A DNA stretch of 64,000 bases from Cyanophora paradoxa CCMP329 (lineage: Eukaryota; Plantae; Glaucophyta). Position 1 is the first letter of the stretch, and each line of letters starts with the position of its first letter. The stretch covers positions 1-64,000 of the forward strand of contig QPMI01000536.1 of assembly GCA_004431415.1 (NCBI GenBank). The letters run 5' to 3'. Under the pieces are notes generated by a model. The model did no database searches. It had not been told where the DNA came from and worked only from the letters and a program-made list of their open reading frames with translations. The position numbers were made by a program, and so were the translations under genes. Shown here piece after piece: positions 35,523 to 46,700 of the stretch.

Positions 35523-38500
35523 ATGCCCCGCCCCAGCCACTACCAAATTAAGGAGCTTCAGGACAAGATTCTCGGGAATCTGGCGTTCCTTCTGGCCAAT
35601 CACTCCATCAGTGAAAGTGAATATGAATCTTATATTAAACAGACCAACAAGAAGCTCAAAGGGCTTCAAGCTCTCAATCGAGAGCTATTAGGGAAAATCG
35701 ACGCCCTTGATGAGACTGATCGCCTTGGCCACATTCAAGTCGAACAAACTACCACAACTCAAGTCAGAGGAGATGAATACACTACCTTAATAAATGAACA
35801 TCGTGCTCTTAATAATAAATACATTGATTTCACGATCAGGGCTCACCACCAGATCCTGACCACTCAAGAGTTTATAGACACCTACTCTGAGGAACTCCAC
35901 ACAAGGCTCCAAGATGCCATCAATTCACAGATGTCGATTAAAACTCGCTTTACGTTTGTCTGTCGCTTTTCAAAAGCAAACAATTCGAGAGATTTTATTA
36001 CCAAGCACATTTACAGCACCTATGCTATCATGACAAGATCTCGAACCCTCACTAAAGAAACTGCGAAATTAGCTAAGGAATGCCAATCGCAAATTAATGT
36101 CACAGACAGCTATAAACTCCAAAGCATTGAGGCTTTGAGAGTGATTGTTCTGTCCTTTAAACCCATCTCAGGAGGTGCTTTTATCCCACTCCCAGAGTGG
36201 CTCAAAAATAAAAGAGCCATTGTCAATGTTAATAACAAGGACAATAGGTGTTTTGAATACTCCATCCTGAGCTATATTCACAAGGACGAAGTAAATAGCC
36301 ACAAGCGCAATGAGACTTCCCAATACAGGAGGTGGTTCAGAAAAGAACTAAATTTCGAGGGCATTGAGTTTCCTGTAAAGGCAGATGCTGATACTATTGA
36401 TCTCTTTGAAAATCTCAATCCAGCAATCTCTGTTAATATTTACGACCCCTCTAACTCTACAGAAGAAATTAATCTACTCCACAACAGCTCCTCAAGGAAC
36501 AGGAAACACCAAGTGGATCTGCTGCTAATTACAGACGAAAATGGTAACAGTCATTATACCACAATATTCAGCATGTCCAGAGTCTTAGCTAAAAATGATA
36601 AGCAGCGACTCCATTTCTGTAAAACCTGTTCCAACCACTTCAAGACTGAGGAGAAGCTTCAATCCCACATTCAAAGCAAACGTTGTGTGGATTGGAAGAC
36701 GAGTGCTGGAGAGACCCCAAAACAACCCACATTCATTGAATTTGGTCTTAAACATCTCTCAAAGACTGTATTCCTCCCCGTGATTGCCTATTGCTATTTC
36801 GATTATGAAACAGATATTTCTGGTATGTTCAAGATCAAATCAATCTCACTGACAGCTCTTCATAATAATAGAGTAGTACTCACTAAAACCCACTCCAACA
36901 TCTTTGAGCTCCTGAGTACCCTCGACAGCACAGCACCAGAGCTATTCAAAGCCCTATTTACCAACATCCCAATGTCACTGACCAAAGAGCAGAAACGTAC
37001 CCATTACCTTGCTAAAACCTGCTACATCTGCCAAGGTGATTTCACCCAAGACAATTATAAAGTGAGGGATCACGACCACCAAACTGGCGATTTTGTAGGC
37101 ACTGCTTGTCGCAAATGTAATCTCCACAGACGCACCAGCAATCTCACCAAGATTCCCATAGTGACCAATGATCTGTCCCTATCTGGAACGCAGATATTCA
37201 AGGCAGTCGCCTTAAATCCCGAAAAAAGGGTGGAAGTCCTCGCGAAATCGTTTGACAACTACATGTCGATCACTTGGGGTTGCTTTAAATTCATTGACAT
37301 CAAAAACTTTATTGATTATGGCGTCCAGAATGTCAATGACCTTCAAGAAAAGTTCCAGCTTTTCCGCCAGAAATCACACAAAACTTTTGGGATGGACGCT
37401 GCCCACTATGTCTCAAGTCCAGGGCTTTCGTGGGACAGCATGCTATCGATTACCAAGCCCAAAATCGAACTCCTCTCCAACCTTGATATGTACAACATGG
37501 TTGAAGGCATGATCAGGGGAGGCCTTTCGATTATGAATCATAAATATGCCAAAAAGGAAAGGGACAGACACATTATATATTTGGATGCCAATAACCTATA
37601 TGGATATGCCCTGTCCCAAAAGCTACCCCTCTCGAATTTCCAATGGCACCCAGAACCCTCAAATTACGACCTGTCATCAGCAGAGGGGGCCATCTTAGAA
37701 GTTGACATCCATTATCCCCAGCACCTCCATCAACTCCACAAAGAACTGCCTCTTGTCATCAAGAGAACAGAAGATGGGCTACAAGCAGCCTGCGAAGACA
37801 TATCCAACTTTGTGGTGTCGAAACCTTTGCTCCAATTCATGGTAGCACAAGGCTTAAAGGTCACCAAAATCCACAGGGTGCTAACATTTACTGAGGCTGC
37901 CTTTATGAAGCCCTACGTCGAATCCAATGCCCAAAACCGCAGAGCAGCCCCTTCCAAACCCGAAAAGGACTTCTTTAAAATCATGAACAATAGCCTTTTC
38001 GGCAAAACCATTGAGAAAGTGAGAGGAAGGTCTAATGTCAAGATTGCCACCAACGAAAAGCAATTTATGAAATACGCCAGATCGCCCCTACTCAAAGCAG
38101 AAACAAGACTAAGCGATTCAGCAGTAGCCTTCGAAATGCTACAGAAAGATGTCAAGTTAGATAAGCCCATAGCAATTGGTGCGTTTGTATTGGATCTTGC
38201 CAAGCTGCGCCTATTTGATTATTATTATAACACCATCAAGCGGAAATGGCCAGACTGTAAACTGCTTTTTACTGATACAGATTCGCTTTGCCTTCAAATA
38301 AATTCGAAAACTATAGCAAAAGACCTACAAGACATTGACACCCACCCCACAGAGCTTGGCAAGTTCAAAGATGAGTTTGAGGGCAGAACCATTACTGAAT
38401 ATGCTGGGGTAAGGCCGAAATGTTACAGCATTAAAACAGATGATGAGGAAATAAAAAAACTGGCAGGTGTTTGTAAGGAGACCATTCAAACAGATCTGTC

Positions 38501-38618
38501 TTTCCAAGATTATAAAGACTATGTGCTCCACCAAAAACCCAAGCAAATCGAAATGACTGTCCAAAAGAAGCTTGAAAATGAGACCTTCAATGTGAAGATG
38601 TCAAAGATTGCTTTCTAA
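35523..38618 (+). CDS. polB: Protein-primed family B DNA polymerase (Polinton/adintovirus type)
   Basis: Motifs YLDANNLYG, KIMNNSLFGK, TDTDS, LGKFKDE and RPKCYS; N-terminal DNRCF...HY (OTU-like), C2HC finger and endonuclease VII-like CYIC..VRDHDH.TG...C..CN insert; likely start at ATG 35523. Confidence 0.95.
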   Translation: MPRPSHYQIKELQDKILGNLAFLLANHSISESEYESYIKQTNKKLKGLQALNRELLGKIDALDETDRLGHIQVEQTTTTQVRGDEYTTLINEHRALNNKYIDFTIRAHHQILTTQEFIDTYSEELHTRLQDAINSQMSIKTRFTFVCRFSKANNSRDFITKHIYSTYAIMTRSRTLTKETAKLAKECQSQINVTDSYKLQSIEALRVIVLSFKPISGGAFIPLPEWLKNKRAIVNVNNKDNRCFEYSILSYIHKDEVNSHKRNETSQYRRWFRKELNFEGIEFPVKADADTIDLFENLNPAISVNIYDPSNSTEEINLLHNSSSRNRKHQVDLLLITDENGNSHYTTIFSMSRVLAKNDKQRLHFCKTCSNHFKTEEKLQSHIQSKRCVDWKTSAGETPKQPTFIEFGLKHLSKTVFLPVIAYCYFDYETDISGMFKIKSISLTALHNNRVVLTKTHSNIFELLSTLDSTAPELFKALFTNIPMSLTKEQKRTHYLAKTCYICQGDFTQDNYKVRDHDHQTGDFVGTACRKCNLHRRTSNLTKIPIVTNDLSLSGTQIFKAVALNPEKRVEVLAKSFDNYMSITWGCFKFIDIKNFIDYGVQNVNDLQEKFQLFRQKSHKTFGMDAAHYVSSPGLSWDSMLSITKPKIELLSNLDMYNMVEGMIRGGLSIMNHKYAKKERDRHIIYLDANNLYGYALSQKLPLSNFQWHPEPSNYDLSSAEGAILEVDIHYPQHLHQLHKELPLVIKRTEDGLQAACEDISNFVVSKPLLQFMVAQGLKVTKIHRVLTFTEAAFMKPYVESNAQNRRAAPSKPEKDFFKIMNNSLFGKTIEKVRGRSNVKIATNEKQFMKYARSPLLKAETRLSDSAVAFEMLQKDVKLDKPIAIGAFVLDLAKLRLFDYYYNTIKRKWPDCKLLFTDTDSLCLQINSKTIAKDLQDIDTHPTELGKFKDEFEGRTITEYAGVRPKCYSIKTDDEEIKKLAGVCKETIQTDLSFQDYKDYVLHQKPKQIEMTVQKKLENETFNVKMSKIAF

Positions 38619-38629
38619 TCCCAATATAG

Positions 38630-39997
38630 ATGTCATCAAAGATCACACGCAGACAAACAGAGTACGATGTGAGTATATTGCCAATCCCAATCCCTCAAGA
38701 GGAGAGAGGGGGTCGCATTCAGAAAAAGAGTGACCTCAAAGCTTTAGTTCCTGCGGATATCCCAACTGCCATTGTTGTGCCCCACTTGGATCCCTTAGCA
38801 AGGACATTCTATGACACCAAGGTAGGATTTAAAGGCCTTGCTTCATTGGCCAAAGAGCTTCCAGATGTGCCAAGAAAGACAATCCGTAGATTCTATGATG
38901 CCCAAGAAATCAACCAGATAAATAAACCCCTCCCATCTGCCAAGAAGACTGCCTATATCCCAATAAGACAGCCACTCGACTGCTATGCCATAGACCTAAT
39001 CTTTTATCCTTCGTACAGCAAACAGAATCAAGGCTACAACACGTTCCTCACAGCTGTAGAAAATACCACCAGACTGGGCTTTATAATTCCCATGAGGGGA
39101 AAGACAGCAGAAAGCACATTGAACGCATTTAAGGAGCTTGAGCAACAAGTCCCTCGTCCAATTGTGAAGATACAAAGTGATGCTGGGAGCGAATTCCTGA
39201 ACAAGGTATTTAAAGACCATTTAGAAACCCAGATGATTGAGCACCAAGTTTCGCAGGTTGGAGATCACAATAGCCAAGGCCGAATAGAAGCCTTTAATCG
39301 CACAATAAAGAAGCTAATTAACTCGTATTGTATAGCGAATAATACTGTAAAGTTTTTCGACAAGCTCCAAGATTTTGCCTACAACTACAATAATACCATC
39401 CACTCAGCAACGGGGATGAAACCAGCAGAGACCACAGAGGTACATGTTCCTCTAATACTCGGAAAAGAAAACGAGAAATTCATGAAGTCAATTGAATATC
39501 TAAAAGACTATCCAGCAGGGAGCCACGTGAGAACTAAAATAGAGAAGAGCCCATTTGCCAAACAAGGGAATAATTGGAGCCGCGAAATATTCACAATAGA
39601 AGGAGTGGAGGGGTTCAAATTTAAACTAAGGGACATTTCTGGCAAACTAATAGATCGACTTTATGCCCACTACGAATTACAGAAAGTGGAAACCGTGGAG
39701 TTCTTGGAGGCGCCATCAATAAATGTCATTGAAGAGGCAAAGAAAGAGGCCAGAACAGAGCGACTTTTGGCCAGAGAGGGGATTGAGAGGGCGCCAAACG
39801 TGCCAGATAAACCATTATTGGAGGACAGAGCAGGGAAGAAGAAGAAACAAGGGAGAGAGTTGGAGAGATTGAGGGTGGCGGGAACAGAGAGATTAGCAGG
39901 GGGAGCAGAGGCAGTAAGGTGGTATAGAGATTTCTCGAATTCAAAGGAGACCTATGAAGCTCCAGCAATTTCCACGAGATCAAGGAGGAGGGCGTAG
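38630..39997 (+). CDS. int: Retroviral-like (rve) DDE integrase of Polinton type
   Basis: AIDL, IQSDAGSEF, GRIEAFNRTIK (D-D-E) and YNNTIHSATGMKP; downstream VR...F.K...NWS.E.F.I domain. Confidence 0.93.
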   Translation: MSSKITRRQTEYDVSILPIPIPQEERGGRIQKKSDLKALVPADIPTAIVVPHLDPLARTFYDTKVGFKGLASLAKELPDVPRKTIRRFYDAQEINQINKPLPSAKKTAYIPIRQPLDCYAIDLIFYPSYSKQNQGYNTFLTAVENTTRLGFIIPMRGKTAESTLNAFKELEQQVPRPIVKIQSDAGSEFLNKVFKDHLETQMIEHQVSQVGDHNSQGRIEAFNRTIKKLINSYCIANNTVKFFDKLQDFAYNYNNTIHSATGMKPAETTEVHVPLILGKENEKFMKSIEYLKDYPAGSHVRTKIEKSPFAKQGNNWSREIFTIEGVEGFKFKLRDISGKLIDRLYAHYELQKVETVEFLEAPSINVIEEAKKEARTERLLAREGIERAPNVPDKPLLEDRAGKKKKQGRELERLRVAGTERLAGGAEAVRWYRDFSNSKETYEAPAISTRSRRRA

Positions 39998-40013
39998 AGT
40001 AGAGAGGAGGATA

Positions 40014-40320
40014 TGGGGATGGGGGATGGGGGATGGGAAACCCATCCCCTTGTACTCGAATAGAAAATTTCAAAAAACAAAAACAAAATTATTTTTCTGA
40101 GAAAAATCCCATCCCCCTGACTGGCTCCCATCCCCCTCCCATCCCCCTGACCAGATATCGTCACAAATCAACCAAATTTCATACATTTTCCCATCCCCCT
40201 GCCATCCCCTCTGCCATCCCTCCCATCCCCTGCCATCCCCTCCGCCATCCATCCCACCCCCCTGCCATCCCCTCAAACCACCCTTTTTTACCAGACACTC
40301 CCATTCCCCTTCCATCCCCC
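40014..40320. repeat. GGGGATGG / CCATCCCC short repeat cluster
   Basis: Three G-strand copies at about 40014-40037, then many CCATCCC(C) copies at 40108-40320. Confidence 0.8.
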
Positions 40321-40395
40321 TGACTATTCAAGATATCTGTTTAAGAGAAAACGTAAAGAAATGAAGAGATGGTTGGCAGTCTTAATTATGGATAG

Positions 40396-40488
40396 AGGCA
40401 GGAGAGGCAGGAGGGTAATATGTAAAATCCCACACAAGAGGGGATTCCTTAGGAAAGTTTACAAATAACCCTCCTGCCTCTCCTGCCT
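40396..40488. repeat. Perfect 21-bp inverted repeat
   Basis: AGGCAGGAGAGGCAGGAGGGT (40396-40416) and its reverse complement (40468-40488). Confidence 0.9.
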
Positions 40489-40610
40489 AATTGGTGCCGA
40501 ATCCAAGCTTCTAATACCCCAGAGGCGGCCAACATACTGGTGCCAAAAAGACATGATTAATACCCTAAGACCTGAAATAAATGCTTACTACCCTAGTACC
40601 TGAAACGCGC

Positions 40611-40685
40611 ACACATAGGGATACCCCTGATCCAAGCCTGTAGGCCGAAGGCCGGAGGGCTTGGATCAGGGGTATCCCTATGTGT
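40611..40685. repeat. Terminal 28-bp perfect hairpin with inner GGCC-GAA-GGCC mini-hairpin
   Basis: 40611-40638 is the exact reverse complement of 40658-40685; lies at the virus/host composition boundary. Confidence 0.9.
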
Positions 40686-40726
40686 CAAGTTGACTTAAGC
40701 TTGGAATCTATGTATCTAGCGACAAG

Positions 40727-41420
40727 CTGCTACTCGGGGCAGGCGGCGTCGGCGGGGGAGCCGAAGGTGGAGCGGAAGGCGGCGCCGACGGCGGCGACCA
40801 TGCGCGCGAGCGCCGCGCTCGGCGCCTCCCGCGCCCACCGCCACCGGAACTCCTGCACCGCCCGGGCCTGGTCAGAGCCCGGGGGGACGGGCGGGGCGGC
40901 GGGGCGGGGTGGCGGGCCTCGACGGCGGCGACAGCGGCCTCTGGGACCCAGAAGGCGGCCTCGGCGGCGGGGCCGAGGACGGGGCGGTCGCCCGCGATGG
41001 CGTCCCGGTGCGCCAGCACGTGCAGGTCCGCGAAGGAGGGCGCCTCCGGCGGCAGCAGGTACGACGCCCGCCCGAGCCTGCCGCCCGGTCAGCCCGTCGA
41101 CGTCAGGCCCCGGCCCCACTGAAAAGGAAGGGCGGCCGCGCGCGCACGCCTCGCGCCGCAGGTTCTTCATCGCCATCTGCAGCTCTGCGGGGGCCTCAGG
41201 GGCGTCCCAGCCGCGGGCCTTCAAGCTTCGCCGCTGGGAAGCTTAAGGGGAGGGGCGGGCGCGCCCTCGGCGAAGTCCCGCGCCTGGCGGAGCTCCTCGC
41301 GCAGCCGGTCGCCCTCGCCGGCCGCCCCCGCCAGCCGCGCCTCCGCCTCCCGCGCCCGCGCCGCCACCCGCTGCATCTCCACCCCGCCCGCCGCCCGCCC
41401 CGACCCCTGGCCGCACCCTG
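40727..41420 (-). pseudogene. Partial, internally deleted copy of the 3' end of the gene at 61616-63300
   Basis: High nucleotide similarity to about 61614-61955 and about 62240-62560, missing the segment between. Confidence 0.75.
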
Positions 41421-41566
41421 TCGCACCACTAGAGGTATCTAGATCTAGAGCCGGAGGGATTCCAACTGTTGATCATGACACGCAAAAGAGAACGTTTCGC
41501 CAAGATGCGCTAATCTACGAGCTGCTGTTATCAACTACTTCAATCTGCGTCTCTAACGCAATCTTC

Positions 41567-43720
41567 TCAAGGTAAGCTTGAAGCCCCTCCACAAGCTTTT
41601 GGCAAGCCTCCTCCACCCCATCGTAGCCCTTTTGCATAGTCCAGTTGACGCTGCGCAATAGCATCATGTACCGTCAATGTTTCAAGTTTATAATTCAAGA
41701 TTAAGTGATGAAATGACATTAACCTCGTAAGCATCATCTCGTAGTCGGGTTTGGAGTGCAGCTCGCCGGGTTCACACAAGAACACGGGGAACTTGGTAAT
41801 GTGATTGTTGTGCGCGAAATACATTTCGTGATCGCAGTCATGGGATTGAAGGTAGCTCCGGGAAATAAAGCAGATGAATGCTCGGCTCTCCTTTATAGCC
41901 ACCTACGGTACGCGTAAACGTATATATATATATGGGTTCGCATTCGAAATTCATGATGATCATCGAAATATGATAAGAAAAGCGCGAACCGCGCTCCTTT
42001 TCAAATCTTTGCGTGCTTCCTCCTCCTCACTGATCCTGTGATCGCAATTGAAGGTGCCATTGTTGAACTATCAAAGTTCGCAATAGTTTCGAATCGCTTA
42101 CCAGATTGTAAACCCTTCGGCTATCAACCGTGAAACATACTTCATGACTACCTCCTTATTGAATTGTGCGTAGGAGATGAATGCGTCAAACTTTTTCACG
42201 CGCGAGGCCACTGGCACAGGGTGCGCGCCCGCCGTGCGCGTTGCACTTCCTCCGACTCGCTTTGAATTCTCAGGTGGTCCCTGAGCTGTATCTCCGGAAG
42301 CCGCCTTCAGATTAGAATTCGAAATCTGGCGGCCGCGGGAATTCTCGTTATGCCATGATGTATTCGATAGGAACCAAAGCTATAGATATTAATTCCAAAG
42401 GACTCACGTTCGCGTTGGAGGGAGGTGCGCCAGTGATGCTGATTCCGGTAAGGTCGGACTGCGGGTCATGCTTCACCCGCAGCTTCCTACGTCGTCGTCG
42501 AACCACTACGAGCACGCCAAGAGCCGCTGCGATGAGCGCACAAGCCCCGCCGGCAGCTGCCCCCGCTGCTGCTGGAACAAGGCTCGAGCTTGAGGAAGCC
42601 GGCGTTCCTCGATCGCCCTCAGCCCCTTGCAATTGAGGAGAGGGCCCCGGGGCCACTTCCGGGGCCGCTGGGGGCAAAAGCGAGTCAGCTGGGAGCGTAC
42701 GCTGATAACAAACTCGCAGTCACCGGTCACAGCGGAGACGCCGAGAACGGGAAACTCCGCCCCGAACGCAGTAGCAAGCTCCCCGCTCGCGTTCTTCGCA
42801 AGAAGGACCTTTACTACCCCTGACACTGGTCGGTGGGTGCACAGTAAGTATACAGAAAAAAGTATAGATGGGCGATTGCTGGCCATGCGGCACCTGATGT
42901 TGAACTAATGTTCTCGGCCGGGGAAATCAGCAGCAGGTCCAGAACCGTACTCCCTCTGTCGTAGTTTGAGAAGATGCATGAACGAGCGCCTCGCTAAATC
43001 AAAACAGAGAAGAAAGCACTCACCGAGACACCCGTTGAACTTGAATGCGACTTCTGGGCCACTTGAAAAGAGCGGCAAACGCATCGAGGAAGCGCGATTC
43101 AATTTCAGCATTCCATTTCGAGTAATCGAAGTCCAGCCTAATAGTCACCAAGGCGCTCTGGCAGAGAGTCGTATTCAGATACGTATATACGAGATCGAAA
43201 TCGATATCCGTGGGCGAAACTGCGGACCGAATCCAATGGTGTGGGCGCAGGGGTTGATGCAGGCCTCGGGCTCTCTGAAACAGAAGGAGAGGGTACCGGT
43301 GTCGTCGACGTGGGGATCGGGAGCAGGATATTGGGGATCGGGCTGGGGCTGGGGCTTAACAGAAAGATGCTGGGGCTTGAGAGAGAACTTGGCGACGGGC
43401 TCGGGCTCGGTGTAAAGGAGGCGCGCTCGGGTGGGCTCGGGCTCGGGCTTGGCGACGGGCTCGGGTTAAGCGACAAGCTGGGGCTTGGCGACGGGCTGGG
43501 GCTGGGCGACGGGCTGGGGTTGATCGACGGGCTCGGGCTAGGGCTTGGGGTGGGGCTGGGCGACGGGCTGGGGCTGGGGGAAGGGCTCGGGCTGGGCGAC
43601 GGGCTGGGGCTGGGCGATGGGCTCGGGCTGGGCGACGGGCTGGGGCTGGGCGATGGGCTCGGGCTCGAGCTTGGGGAGGGGCTGGGCGACGGGCTGGGGC
43701 TGGGTGACGGGCTGGGGCTG

Positions 43721-43755
<35 letters not shown>

Positions 43756-46700
43756 TGGGCTCGGGCTTGGGCTCGGGCTTGGGCTCGGGCTTGGGGTGGG
43801 GCTGGGCGACGGGCTTGGGGTGGGGCTGGGCGACGGGCTCGGGCTGGGGCTGGGGCTGGGGCTGGGGCTCGGCGTTGGCGATGGAGTCGGGACTGGAGCA
43901 GTCCACAGACGAATGCTTCCATCCGGATCTGACGCGGATGACAGAAACCAGCTGCCGTTGGGCGCAAATGCCAACGCGTTTATCTTGGCGGTGTGCCAAT
44001 GCAGAGTGGAGCGCAAAGCGTTTGTTTCATCATTCAAAGCAGCGTTCCAGATTTTGATTGTACCGAAGTCATCGCCGGAAACGAGGAATGTCGAGCTTGG
44101 AGAGAATGCGACACGCACCACGCGTCCCGCGTGGCCCGAGAGGATGCGAGCAGGATCCATAGAGCCTAGAGCCGCGCTGGAGAAAAGCCAGACGGTCTTG
44201 TCTTCTAAAGCCAGAGCTATGAGCGATCCGTCCGCCGACCATGCAATGTCGTTGACAGCCGCCATCGTCGCAATCTCTGTGCCTTGGATCAGGGACCCTG
44301 AAGAAGGATCGTAAAATCTGTGCGTATGCAAATATTCAGATATAGATTGCGTATGCAAATATTCAGATATAGATTGCAAATGCTCATAATTACGCACGAT
44401 ACGAGATTTTGATTTGCAACAGCGAGCTTATTTCCAGAAGGAGAGAACATTATGCGCGAAAAGATAGCCTCGTTCGCGTTGATGAAAGTATGCTGCTCTC
44501 CTGATATTGTTGACCAGACCCTGAACAAAATTAAAACCACATTACGCGAGATCGCAAGCTTATGATCGTATCTGTGATTATGATCTTGAGCGGCCGCGGG
44601 AGTGCATGCGCATGCCCACCTGATTCCGTCGGACGCAAACGTAGCCAGTTTAAGGGAATCCCGAGACCACGCCACACCCTGAATAGTTGAAAGATGGCCA
44701 GACATTGACAGAAGCACAGCCCCAGTTGAGAAATCAAGCAGTCGAACGGTTTTGTCTAAACACCCCAGCGCAAGCTCAAGCTTGGAGAGATCGGGTGAGA
44801 AGGCTGCTGCTGTGAACGAATACGGAAAATTCGTCTTTCTCGACAAAGCAGATCCTCCAGACAATGCAGACATGACCCGAACTGAGCTGTCACCATCCGC
44901 AGAATAAATCGACTCGCCATCCGCAGACACTGCGATGTCCGATATTGAACCGAGGTGGCCGGTAAAGGTGGCCAGAGGCCATCCTTGCTGAGGGCCTGCA
45001 AAGCATCCGTTAATTGAATACAAGTGAACGGCTCATATACATCGATATCCGAACGCACAATCAGACCAGTCGGAGACAGCCCAAATGCGCATCGTTCCTC
45101 CATGTTCGCTTGACATCGAAACGAGGAATCTCCCATCGCTAGAGAATGAAAGTGACGTCACGTGGCCAATGGGATTGGATAAAGAATCGGAGAAAGTGGC
45201 GATGCGGAGTCCTGTAGTCATGTTCCAGAGGCGAATTGAGGGAACTGTGCTCGTGCCATCGGGGGCTTGGCCCAACTCGTCTCCAGATGCAACGATGTCT
45301 CCAAACCGAGTCGAAACCGTCGCAAGAGAGAAGATCGCACGCGCATGGCCAGTCTGGAAGCAGCGAATATTCGCCCAGTCAGAGGTTCCCCACACGCAAA
45401 TTCGAGGGTTGGTTTCCGAGCCTCCCGTGACCATGTATTGACCTCCACTTGAGAAAGCGATAGCCATGACACTGGCTCCCGCTTCGTGCCCGACTCCACT
45501 CGCTGAACCCACCTCAATTGGATTCAAACTGACGCTGGGGTTGAATAGCCTACACGCATTACAATTGTCAGCGTCGCGCTATAGCTAGTTTTAATTATAG
45601 CGCTGGACGCGTGCGTGCGAATTATCTCACCAAACTGAGCGCGAGCCCCACCAAGAAAAGGCCATGTAATGGCCGTCAGGGGTAAATCGCAGCGCCGTGA
45701 ATCGAGGTCTTGTTTCTGTCGTCATAATAGAGAGTGTCCATGTTGACTCTCCGTTCGTAAAGTTCCAGAGCCTGCAAAGCGGCCAATTCGGATGCGGAAC
45801 GAATTCGAATCTGTTATAGTTTGATTCAAATGTGCGTACGAACCGAATCTGCTTCAGACTACCCCCTAAGAGAGCGGCAATCTTGGATCCATCCTTCGAA
45901 ATGGAGATGGGACCTTCCTCGAGCTGATAGATTGGAACTGAATCGATCATGAATTGCCGGACCTCCTCTCCTGTTACGACAGACACCACTCTTATGAACT
46001 TCGACGAAGCTGTCCTATTTCGATAATCACGGCATTGAATGATCATGAGTCGCAGTGTAAAATGACATGTTTGAAATCACTTTGTGCACCTGTAGGCAAT
46101 GAATGACCCGTCCTCCGAGAAAACGATCGGGAAAAGGCTAGGCCCCGGCAGTGATGCCAAACCGGGGTCGTCGCTTGTGGACACGGGAACCGGACTCGAG
46201 AATTTGATGTCACGCACACGCGCGAAAGGAGCGGTGCTGTGGAGATAAAGCCACGTCGCAACAAGCGATCCGCCCGGGCTTATTGCTGCCTGCAGCCCCA
46301 TGTTGCTGGCGTTGTACAGCAAGCGTCCGAAGTGCATGAGACCAGACAAAGAGCTCAAGGATGCACGCGCGGGTTGCGACCATAGCGCGGCGCAGGGAGA
46401 TTGTCCGAACGCTCTGCTCACGGCAAGGGCCGGAGAAAGCAACCAGATCTGCGTCTCGCCAAGGAAGTGCCCGTAATCATCGTAGTAGTACCCGGTCGAT
46501 AAAATCCTCTGCTGGCCTTCAGATTCGTAGAGAGAAGTCACGCCAGGATTCACGTTCGAGGCGTGTGCCTCGACTGACGCCACTTGCGTTCTTGATGCGA
46601 TGCTCCAGGCGCGGATGAAGCGATCACAAATCAGGACACGTGGCCTATCAGGGCTAAGCGGATCGCAGCCCCCACCAGTGATGATCATCTGAGCGTCTGG

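Larger units (their letters stand above)
22885..40685. mobile_element. Endogenous Polinton-like virus (left end truncated)
   Basis: Abrupt drop in GC; dense intronless ORFs for MCP, two pentons, A32 ATPase, TVpol-helicase, pPolB and DDE integrase; ends at a hairpin at 40611-40685. Confidence 0.93.

Noticed and set aside
22885-40685. Classification as canonical Maverick or Lavidaviridae virophage
   Set aside because: No adenain-like protease seen and MCP does not look virophage-type by eye; the left part is missing, so only 'Polinton-like virus' is claimed.
43241-44314. GLGLGD-repeat ORF (also 57380-57880)
   Set aside because: Antisense shadow of the (Ser-Pro)n stalk exons.
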